DNA of 64,000 nucleotides from Eledone cirrhosa (Eukaryota): NCBI GenBank assembly GCA_964016885.1, contig OZ024749.1, positions 30,628,001 to 30,692,000 of the forward strand, read 5' to 3'. Shown piece by piece: positions 1 to 10,490 of this stretch (position 1 is its first letter; each line of letters starts with the position of its first letter). The notes under the pieces were generated by a model. It saw only the letters and a program-made list of their open reading frames with translations, ran no database searches and was not told where the DNA came from. The position numbers and the translations under genes were made by a program.

Positions 1-9
1 TATATATAC

Positions 10-56
<47 letters not shown>

Positions 57-57
57 T

Positions 58-157
<100 letters not shown>

Positions 158-774
158 GGGAGATAAATAAATTGGGTGTATTCCCTCTTTATTACCAAAT
201 GCTATATATCAACCCATTAGGCAACGACACAGAGCATAATGGTTTTCAAATTATATATATACACAGTGGCGGTGGGACTGGGTGGGGGGTGGCATACCAC
301 CTCCAATAATTATATGTTCTCCCCAAACTACCTAAACACACATCTGTTAGGGTATGCGCTACAGTTTATGTACATGCTATGTTTATCGCATATCGATGTG
401 TCAGGTCACTCTTGAGTGCTACTGGTATCATGTAACGCAGTACAACCTGTCGCATTGTCGGGTCGCTGGCGACTAAACCGGTAATCCCACTATTGTCAGG
501 TTACAGGTGTATGAAATTCAGAAGAGTCAGATGAAAGTAATATTTCTAAGGCTATTAAAAATAATTGTTATTGATTCAATTAAAATTCTTTAAATTCTTC
601 AAAAAGATTTGCGTAGGAGACGCTACATTGTCCCTCTTCCAGGTAGAAACAGTAGCGATAAGTTCTCGAAATATTCGTGTCATCTTAAAGAAAAATATAC
701 CATATACAACTACAATATCTATATGTATGACTAATTTTTTATATCATTCTCCTCTTTCAATTTCTTCATATTAG

Positions 775-868
775 GTGCGGTTTAGTTTCACTGTCCTGTA
801 AGGAAACGATAAAAGTAAATCCCACCGCAAATTATCCCGCATGCTGTGAGATAAAGTGTAAAGAATAA
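775..868 (+). CDS. Terminal coding exon of a small Cys-rich vWC/SVWC-domain protein (copy 1; upstream exons presumably lie before the window)
   Basis: Branch-like TGACTAAT, pyrimidine tract and TAG acceptor at 772-774. Phase-2 exon reads CGLVSLSCKETIKVNPTANYPACCEIKCKE*, with the YPxCCxxxC signature. AATAAA near 953. Paralog at 25119-25212 keeps the frame and all Cys. Confidence 0.7.
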
Positions 869-1034
869 CAAGGAAAAAAAGAGACTTCTTTATTTTCAAG
901 AAAAGAATTACCTCAAGAGATTTTAAAATAATTGTATTCAAATATAAGAATGAATAAATAAAATCGGATATAAGAAATAAGAAAAAGAGTTGTTTTCTCG
1001 AAAGTTTAACATTTACAGATATATTTTAAATGAG

Positions 1035-1188
1035 GTCACTCTTGAGTGCTACGTGTAACATGTAACCCAGTACAACCTGTCGCATGTTCGAGTCGTTGGC
1101 AACTAAACTGGCAACCCCACCGAGTTTACTTGGTGAGGAGGGTGATTTTAGACACCTTGTAGGAAGAACTCATAAGAGTCAACGGCCA

Positions 1189-1225
<37 letters not shown>

Positions 1226-1410
1226 CCTGCCAAAATCAATGGATGGTAGTAGTTCCAGCTCCACGTATCGAAAGACTGGTGTAGTGGTTCTCAGAATAAT
1301 GCGGCTTTGCAGATGATCAATGAAAGTTGACAATGGAAAGGTGCTCTCGCTTGAGTTAGAAGAGAACTATTCTATTGACCTTCACGAGAAGAAGCCACAC
1401 CTGATTGAAT
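1035..1410 (+). repeat. Dispersed repeat, possibly RTE-type retroposon 5' UTR-derived
   Basis: Copies at 403-490, 1035-1410 and 25378-25730. Contains the motif GGC(G/A)ACTAAAC..GGCAAC. Family assignment is inference. Confidence 0.4.
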
Positions 1411-1427
1411 TTAAACTGAGGTCACCT

Positions 1428-1493
<66 letters not shown>

Positions 1494-1777
1494 TTCCTAA
1501 TTTCTCTATCTATCTCTATCTATCTCTTTCTTTTTTCCTCTCTCTATATATATTTCTCTCTGTTTCTTTACATGAAGTTCTTCTCTTTATCTATCTTTCT
1601 ATATCCCTCTATTTAGTCACATACATTTCTTCTTTTTCTTCGTTTCTCTTTCCTTCTCTCTTTATCTCTTTCTTTTTACAACTGTCCACAATATTTTTTA
1701 CTGCCAAATCAACCTCACAAATGCAAGGTGATTGAAAGGTATGTCGTATCTATTTATTTATAAGACTGTTTATATTG

Positions 1778-1843
1778 TATTTTGTCTGAAGATGGCATAA
1801 CATATTGTTAATATGATATCCCTGAAATATATATAACGAAATA
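1778..1843 (+). ncRNA. Type I hammerhead ribozyme in a PLE terminal-repeat fragment (family C, ~1730-1976)
   Basis: tattttgt-CTGAAGA-stem II-GAAA-tatata-TA-acgaaata; homologous to 50489-50553. Confidence 0.55.
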
Positions 1844-1973
1844 AATATGGTTTTATAAATATAGTTTCCATTTATTTAATATCATAAATATACTCCAAAT
1901 ACTTGTTGAGTGCTTTTATATCAGTTATAAATATTTACTCGTTGTTAACCCAACAATTTAAATATAACTTTCC

Positions 1974-2004
<31 letters not shown>

Positions 2005-2938
2005 CTGGAACTTCTTCCTTGTTGAAAATCCAAGTCTCCACTTCCGTGGTTTACCATCCGATTAATTGGTGAAATATATTTCTTTAATGGAATATATACA
2101 GGGAAGATCAATCATATTATAAGGTATCTATCTTTGAAGTTCTGGTCAACTTTAATTAGTTACCTACCTAGCTATGTGTGGTTACACACTTGTAAAAATT
2201 ATCTCCTTTGATTATTCATGTTTATTTATATGTTAATCAATTTCTAGTTATTATAAAATGCTCGGACCTACTCGTTAGAATCTTAGAACTTATTTTGCGG
2301 GTGATATGGCGCATTTCTTTCTGGCATGACACCCATAATTTTGATTTAGATTAAATTCATTTGATTTATCTTAATTTTGGATATAGATATATAAATACGG
2401 CTCCTTAATTATAGAGCTAACTCTGTTGAAAGGACTCGACTGCTGTTTCTAGTTGTCGATAACCCTATTCACGCCACTGGGACGAAGCTAGTATGATGTG
2501 TGTATTTCTAGTAGATATAACACGTGGTGCTGGCCAGTCGCTGATTTGAACTTGAAGTGTAAACACGGATCGCTGGAACTTCTTTCTTGTTGAAAATCCA
2601 AGTCTCCACTTCCGTGGTTTACCATCCGATTAATTGATGAAATATATTTCTTTAATGGAATATATACAGGGAAGATTAATCATATTATAAGGTATCTATT
2701 TTTGAAGTTCTGGTCAACTTTAATTAGTTACCTACTTAGCTATGTGTGGTTGTAAAAATTATCTCCTGTGATTATTCATGTTTATTTATATGTTAATCAA
2801 TTTCTAATTATTTTATAATGCTCGGACCTACTCGTTAGAATCTTAGAGGTTATTTTGCGGGTGATATGGTGCATGTCTTTCTGGCATGACACCCATAATT
2901 TTGATTTAGATTAAATTCATTTGATTTATCTTAATTTT

Positions 2939-2940
<2 letters not shown>
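2005..2940. repeat. Partial tandem repeat, unit ~568 bp (1.6 copies), flanked by (TA)n
   Basis: 2006-2380 is repeated at ~2574-2940 with few mismatches. Confidence 0.85.
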
Positions 2941-2989
<49 letters not shown>

Positions 2990-3857
2990 TAGATGTGTCT
3001 ACACACACAAGGAATCTTTTGACTGTGTGTATATCTATGTATATATGTATGCATGTATGTGTAGATATGGATGTTATTGTATGTGTGGATGTGTATGTTT
3101 TGAGTTGTATATGTGCATGTGTATATGCTGTTATTAGATGCAAAATGTTTGTAATGTTTTACATATTTTTACTGTTCCATTAATGGATTGTACTTGTAAT
3201 TTCCTAACTAGTTGTGTTTATGTATGTCTGTATGTATGTACGTATGCATATATGTATGTATATATGGATGTATGTATGTATGAACGTAATGCATTTGTTT
3301 TTCAAAATACTCGTAAAAACCCGTGCTTTGAAACTGGTAAACACCTGATTTTCCTTTGGATTCTACATTTGTTTACTTTCATCAAACGTAAAGCTGATCT
3401 CGATCTAACCGATTAAATCCTATAATCAAATTATTTGACACCACGAGTGACATATGTTTCGTCTTATTCACTCAGACAATATTAAGAAACGGATTATCGA
3501 GCTAAATTTCCAATCTATAAATTAAACATATTAACCTGAGTCTATATTTGTTGACGACTAATCCGGGATTGAACCGAAACCACATCTTTAGAATTCTAAA
3601 GGAAGTTTTGTAAAGTGGAATCTGTATTGACTCAGTACAACAGAGATTGCAGTGTTTATTATCTCCAGCTTCAGCAACTATAACACCAAGTATAGCAGCA
3701 ACAGCAACATCCTGCAACAGCAATAACAACAACAAAAACAACACCAACAACACACTGCAATAGATGATTCCTGTCGTTGACATTGCTTTATTTGATCCGG
3801 AACATAAATATATTGATAACGAAATTAAAATAACGTTTAAGCACGAGAATGTAATGT

Positions 3858-3893
<36 letters not shown>

Positions 3894-4199
3894 TTATATA
3901 TATATATATATATACACATACACATTACATTCTCGTGCTTAAACGTTTTTATATATATATATATGAAAATATTCAAGACCCCGACGGCTGAGCTCTGGCC
4001 GTTTCGACAGCTACATCCGGAGTTCGAAACCAGCTGTCAAAACGCCATGGTCTTGATTCTTTTCCTATTACCTACTCTACTACCCTTAGTATCGTGGCCT
4101 CTGGTGCGTTATCGTCCACCTGATTCCTTCCCTCACTTTCTTTGTTATATATATATATCTATGTCTACATATATGTAAATGTATATATATGCATATGTG

Positions 4200-4264
<65 letters not shown>

Positions 4265-4294
4265 TTGTGTGTGTATGTGTGTGTGTGTGTGTGG

Positions 4295-5280
4295 TGGAAG
4301 GTGTATGAGTTTGCACTTGTACAATGCAGACACACTGGCTTCCATTTTATATTCATTTGAAGAGCTGCTCTGAGTAGCTTGCTTCGTCCTTGATCGCTGT
4401 ATTCCTGTAGATTCTACTTTTGAAACCATCTTCCAAGCTTCATGCGAATATCATCACCGCAAATATTCTCTGTACTATGTCCAACTGTAAACGGATCCAG
4501 ATGATCATTTTCACGAATATATTGCAAATACTCAAACAAACAGTTAGAATTAAGATTCTCGCCCTCCTTTAGTTGTTTCTTGTTAGCATTAATTTTTCAT
4601 CGTGTCAGGGCGGTGGATTGGCAGTATCAGTAGAGAGTCGGACGCCATGCTTTCCAGCATAGTTACGTCCCTTTACGGTCTGTGTTCAAATCCCGCCGAG
4701 GTTAACTTTGCCTTTCATCCTTACGGGGTCGATAAAATAAAGTACCAGTAATGTACTGGGTAATTGCTGGCCTTGTGCCAAAAGTAGAGACAATTAATTT
4801 TTCATCGTGTCTTTGGTTTTCTCTTTTAGATCAATATTCCCAGTCGCTTGATCTACATCTGCGTTTGGGTTCTCTACATTTCCCATTTCTTTATTCCCTT
4901 TTCTATTTGTAAGAACATTATTGGTATCTGTATTCTCTCCTGAGGGCAAATCTTCGGCGTAACTTTTACCATTTAAATCTACGTCTTGTAAAATATTCAA
5001 CTGTTTTCCTCCTGCTTTCGATAAAGTACATGCTTGGTTGTCTAGCTGCGCTTCAGAAAGTAGGCTTTCACGCAAAGCATTTGCATGACAATCAAAGTAA
5101 CTTTGTTTTCGTAGACATGTTAACAATCCTTACGTAGAGAATATAGGCTTTTTTTAATTTTGCCACTTTTTTTTCGATTATCTCTAGTGTTCGATAAATC
5201 AAGACAGCGATGGTGTCCTGTTGTTGTTGTTGAACACTCGAGTTGGGAAATATAACAAACTTTCTTGCTTGTTGACATCA
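4295..5280 (-). pseudogene. Disrupted paralog of the 324-aa ORF at 31698-32672
   Basis: Same peptide (YFDCHANALRESLL...), broken by a SINE, indels and a ~260-bp deletion. Confidence 0.8.
4607..4792 (+). mobile_element. tRNA-derived SINE (main family) with 19-bp TSD
   Basis: A-box-like TGGCAGTATCAG and B-box GTTCAAATCCC. TSD ATTAATTTTTCATCGTGTC at 4588-4606 and 4793-4811. Empty site in the paralog at ~32192-32210. Confidence 0.93.
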
Positions 5281-5931
5281 TGTCCTTAGTCATTCTTCTC
5301 TGTTAATATATATATATATATATATATATTTGTGTATACATAATTATTTATTCAAGCGAGTATACAATAATCGTTATAATGATCGAGTAACGAACAATAT
5401 TCGATAAACCATTTATCGTCAGTAAACATTAAAAAATATGTTTGAAGCAACAGATAAAAAGGCAACATTTACAGTGAAAACTTTTTACAGCTTTCGGCTC
5501 CCTCAAAAGTTCTTGTTTTTTGGCTGTGTTTCGTGTGCCCCAAATGAAAGTTTTAGAGTGTCGTTTGAGTAAAAGTAACGTTCGAGGGATAGAATGAATA
5601 AAAATCTGTACGGTAAGCATAATATAGGTTTATATTGTTATGTTTTTTTCTTGAAGGTGCCGAGATTTATCCCCAAAAAAAGAAAAGAAGACTTTAAGTA
5701 TCTCTTTATTCAAGTTGGTTTAATAAATCTTATAAAGTAGTAGGTTTTCTTTTAAGAAAGTTTATGTTGTCGTCAGAAAATGATCAGGTAACATTCGTTT
5801 TCAAACGTTCTCTTTTCACAATTTCAAATCTCCATATTGAAACAAAAGCTGTGGCTTATCCGCACTGAATGAGAAGAAATATTATATACATCAGCACATA
5901 TACACAAATACGCATACACACATACACAGGC

Positions 5932-5967
<36 letters not shown>

Positions 5968-6093
5968 GTAAGAGGTGAGTTTTATTGTAGTACACTAAAG
6001 CAATGCAGATATCGGATAAGAAGCACTCTACAGTTTGTAGGACTGGAGTATATATAATATATAAGATCTAAAGATGGTTAAAAGAGTTCCATG

Positions 6094-6164
6094 TATTTTA
6101 TTATGCGCATTTCAAAAACAAATATCATCATGCAATAACATTTGTGTTTTCATCAGATAAAATA
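6094..6164 (-). ncRNA. Type I hammerhead ribozyme (PLE terminal fragment ~5965-6230)
   Basis: Minus strand: tattttat-CTGATGA-aaacacaaatg...tatttgtttt-t-GAAA-tgcgca-TA-ataaaata; 8-bp stem I and palindromic stem III. Confidence 0.8.
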
Positions 6165-6229
6165 GGAAGACATGATATGAAGGTTAAAAAACACTTGTGG
6201 ATAGTGCAGTTTTAAATCAACATCTTTTG

Positions 6230-6276
<47 letters not shown>

Positions 6277-6304
6277 GTATATATATATATATGTATATGT
6301 ATAT

Positions 6305-6387
<83 letters not shown>

Positions 6388-6457
6388 TATGTATATGTAT
6401 ATATATATATGTATATGTATATATATATATGTATATGTATATATATATATGTACATG

Positions 6458-6562
<105 letters not shown>

Positions 6563-6609
6563 GTAGACGAAGATGTGTCAATTATACCTTTTACTATTAC
6601 ACACACACA

Positions 6610-6990
6610 CACGCACCTGTTGGTTTTCACTTCAATTTATTATAAATTTCCGGTTGGTTGGTTGGTTCGATAACCGGATGGTTGTTTATATATTTGAAAG
6701 CTCTTTGATCACACATTCTGTGACCTCTACAGAGACTGGGGTTTTATATTCTCTCTTTCCTTTGTTCTGGTGAAGCAGGACACGACAAAGGAGAGACACA
6801 ATATAAAACCCCAATCACTGTAGAGGTCACATAATGTGTGACGAATGCGCTTTGACAATATACGAACAGCCATCCAGTTATCGAACCAACCAACCAACCA
6901 ACTGGAAATTTATAATAAATTGAAGTGAAAACCATCAGATGCGTGTGTTTTTATTGGCAGCATGACCCTCCCAAAGTGTAACAATATATA
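6610..6990. mobile_element. Head-to-head PLE pseudo-LTR pair (family E) with CTGTAGA-core HHR-like motifs
   Basis: Inverted repeat; homologous to the 3' region of the PLE at 37540-37800; equivalent copy at ~35875-36235. Confidence 0.75.
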
Positions 6991-7417
6991 TAAACTGTAT
7001 ATATAAGAGTATATATACGAGTTTGTATAACAGTATATATAAGTATATAGAGAAAAGAACACAAAGAAATGTGTGTACAATTATGTGGGACATAAGATTA
7101 CCAGAGTGAAAATCATATAATCTACGAACAGAATGCAATATATACAAGAATTAAAAGAATAAATTAAAGTGTACAGACCATTGTTTATAACTATATTCCA
7201 TGGACACTCTGAAAGCATCTTTCACCACACATTAAGTGTAGAATCATACTGTTAGTGGCTTATCAACAGGATGAACAAACGATATGAACTACACTTCTCA
7301 ACATATATTAGACGACTGGCAATACCGCATGGTGTAGACAGAAAAACCGTGCGTTATACCACCCATGGTGGTGTGAATGGACAAAAAGACCGCTTATATA
7401 TATATATATATATATAT

Positions 7418-7613
7418 AGGAACGAGTAGGACCCCGACGGCTGAGCTCAAGCCGTTTCGACGGCTAATTCTGGACGCTGTACATTGAAAGCCGTCGAAAC
7501 AGCAGAGCTCAGCCGTCGGGGTCCTACTCGTTCCTATTACCCACTCTACTATCCTAAGTATTGAGTACTTTGGTGCGTTATGGTCCACCTGGTTCCTTAC
7601 CACATTTCCTTCG

Positions 7614-7615
<2 letters not shown>
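7418..7615 (+). mobile_element. PLE terminal-repeat family A, inverted plus direct copy, in (TA)n
   Basis: GAAAC(G/A)GC..GCCGTC-GGGGT (HHR 3' half) plus a conserved tail. Relatives at ~3965-4146, 7900-7962, 8808-8998, 30620-30712, 30949-31148, 47598-47640, 52215-52535, 62285-62480. Confidence 0.8.
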
Positions 7616-7669
<54 letters not shown>

Positions 7670-7959
7670 CAATGATAGTAATAAATGGAAACTATATTTA
7701 TAAAACCATATTTATTCTATTATATATATATCAAGGGTACCATGTTTATATATGATTGTTTATGTATATATATGTTCATATATATATGTTTATATATATA
7801 TACATTTGTTTATGAGATCGTCTCAGATCGTGTATATACTCACCTTTCGTAGTAGTTTATAGATTCCATACACCGGTGGTTTACCCTGTACATTGAAAAA
7901 CATAAAAATCGGTAGCTGTCGAAATGGCCGGTCTCAGCCGATGGTGTCCTGACTCTTTT

Positions 7960-8028
<69 letters not shown>

Positions 8029-8030
<2 letters not shown>

Positions 8031-8706
8031 AGTGGGTGTAACTAGGAGTTACTGCAGGTTCACCCGGGTGAGCACTCAATGTTTAGGTTCACTTCTGTGA
8101 TGATGTGTAGAGCTATACAGAGTGTAAAATATAGAAAGGATAAAAAGGACGATTGATTATTCCTTCATTGCATTTATTGATAGGTGACGCGCGTTTCGCC
8201 ACTGATCAGCTCAAGGTTCGATCTATATCGATCCTACCCGACTCAATAATCGGCAGCTCGACGGACCCTCTTAAAATGCTATGAGAAAATGAAATACATG
8301 CTGTGGTAAAGTCAGAGTTTCAAGAGTTTGACAAAATGAGTTGTTTTGATTGGTGAGAAGGATCAAGGCGATGTACTGGCCTGTAGTGTATATGGGGGTG
8401 GGTGTGATGGTGAGATGTTGGTGACGGTCTGTGGATGAGGTGGGCTGTGGTGTGGTGGTGGTGAGTTGGCCTTGGCGTGTAGTGTATGTGGGGGTGGATG
8501 TGATGATATGGTGGTGGTTAAGGTTATTTAGTGGGATGCGCTGTGGTGTGAGGTTTGTGGATTGTCAGTAGACGGGTTGGCGTGTGGGTGGGGGTCTGGT
8601 AGTGGTGCCTTTCTCTATGGTAGCGGCGTTTGTGGTGGTGTGGTGGATGTATTGTTGGCGTCAGGTCCTTACATAGATACATAGTTAGATGCTCTTCGTC
8701 TGACAT
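8029..8706 (-). mobile_element. Probable PLE 3' fragment with variant HHR-like motif (8182-8268)
   Basis: Minus strand: gggt-CCGTCGA-gctgccgatta...tgatcagtggc-GAAA-cgcgcg-TC-acct; bounded by (TA)n. Confidence 0.5.
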
Positions 8707-8753
8707 ATACCTTGTATATACATATATGTATATATGTGCACATTATATATATA

Positions 8754-8807
<54 letters not shown>

Positions 8808-8809
<2 letters not shown>

Positions 8810-8998
8810 AACCAGTAAGACCCCGACAGCTGAGCTCAAGCCGTCTCGACGGCTAATTCAGTCCAGAATTAGCCGTCGAAACGGCTTGAGCTCAGCTGTC
8901 GGGGTCTTACTGGTTCCTATTACCCACTCTACTACCTCAAGTATTGAGTACTTTGGTGCGTTATGGTCCACCTGGTTCCTTACCACATTTCCTTCGTT
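8808..8998 (+). mobile_element. PLE family A near-perfect palindrome plus tail
   Basis: ~52-bp arms around a 6-nt spacer (8808-8918), then the family A tail. Confidence 0.85.
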
Positions 8999-9052
8999 AT
9001 ATATATATATATGTATATGTATATATGTATATACATAAATACCTATTTAGAT

Positions 9053-9441
9053 ATATAAGAAAGTGAATGAAATATATTCATACACGCATAAGTGTATATT
9101 AATATGTATCAAAGCTTAAGACTAGAGACAATTTGCACTGAATGTAAGATTACATAAATTCATGTAGATTTAGCCACTTTCAACCCTGTATTGAAGAGAT
9201 TAGATGATCCGTTTCAAATTATCTAATATCGCCGTTATTTGGTGAAATTTATTCTGATTTTGTGGAGAATATATATTGATCGTTATCAGGTATTTTGTTT
9301 TAATTTTTTATTAAATTTAATAAGATGCTAAACGAATTACGTATTCTTACATTCAGTGCAGATTGTCTCTAGACTTAAGCTTTGATATATCTTAATGCAC
9401 ACTTATGTGCGTATAAATATATTTCATTCACTTTCTTATAT
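9053..9441. repeat. ~100-bp inverted repeats around a ~190-bp spacer (degenerate inverted PLE terminus or MITE)
   Basis: tataagaaagtgaatgaaatatat...gaatgtaaga pairs with tcttacattc...atatatttcattcactttcttata. Confidence 0.7.
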
Positions 9442-9642
9442 TGACTAATGCTCGATTTTATTCCCTGAATTCTATCTTGAGCTGTGTTTAGAGACAAGGC
9501 ATATGTTTGATAAGTGTGATATGTTTGATTTTGTATCATTTATGACACCCTTTACTAAGAAAGTAATAATAATAATAATATATAGAACTATATGTATTTT
9601 AAGGTATGATGGCAGCCCCCTCGTTATCGAGTATGGTCATAA

Positions 9643-10440
9643 TTTTAGGCAGCATAAGGATATCGCGGTAGCTGTTGCTTCCTCTGGGATCGTTGCTACT
9701 TTGTTTCCCGGTGGCAGGACAGCGCACTCTACTTTTAAACTCCCCCTGAATTTAGTAACATCTGAAACGACTACCTACAACATCAGTAAAAGCTCAGACC
9801 AGTGTCAGGTCCTCAAATCGTGTCATCTCATTGTGTGGGATGAGTGCACCATGGCCCACAAAGGAGCTCTGGAAGCAGTAGTTAGAACCCTTAAAGATAT
9901 CAGAGATTGTCATGCTCCAGTGGGAGGTGTAACGCTTCTGTTGTCCGGTGATTTCAGACAGACACTTCCCGTCATTCCCAAAGACACCAGGGCAGATGAA
10001 GTCCAGGCGTGCCTTAAATCCTTCTCCATTGTGGCGCCACCCTGACTCTTACCACTAACACGAGAGCTCAAATACACGGTGACCACTTGTCCGCCAGGTT
10101 TGCGCAGGACATGTTGACACTTGGCGATGGCAAGGTGCCTCTCGACGCTGCCGGAGAAATTGACGTCTGGCCATTTTGTACCATCGTTAACTGTGTGGAG
10201 GAACTGAACGACCAAGTGTTTCCGAACTTACCAGTAAATTACAAAAATCACAATTGGCGATAGGAATGAGCAATAATAGGTCCAAAAAACATCCCTGTTA
10301 ATAAACTCAACGAACAGTTAATGGTGTCTTTTCCAGGAAAATCTTCAGATTTCCACGTCTGTCGTCACAGTCGCGTATCACAATGAAGTGGTGAACTATC
10401 CTCCAGAATCGGACTACCTCCCCACATATTAGGATTTAAA
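9643..10440 (+). pseudogene. PIF1-family helicase fragment of a Helitron RepHel, frameshifted
   Basis: Motifs AVASSGIVATLFPGGRTAHSTFKLP, LIVWDECTM and LLLSGDFRQTLPV; frameshift near 10020 and later stops. Confidence 0.92.
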
Positions 10441-10490
10441 GATGGATCTCTACACAAACATATACATAATTGGTGACTGACAAGTAATAG

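Noticed and set aside
1040-1120. HDV-like ribozyme suggested by the GGC(G/A)ACTAA motif, and by ACCTCGTGG at ~26098
   Set aside because: Could not assemble P1/P1.1/P3 with correct spacing by eye
4607-4700. tRNA gene
   Set aside because: A/B boxes belong to SINE heads; no full cloverleaf; continues into SINE body with TSDs
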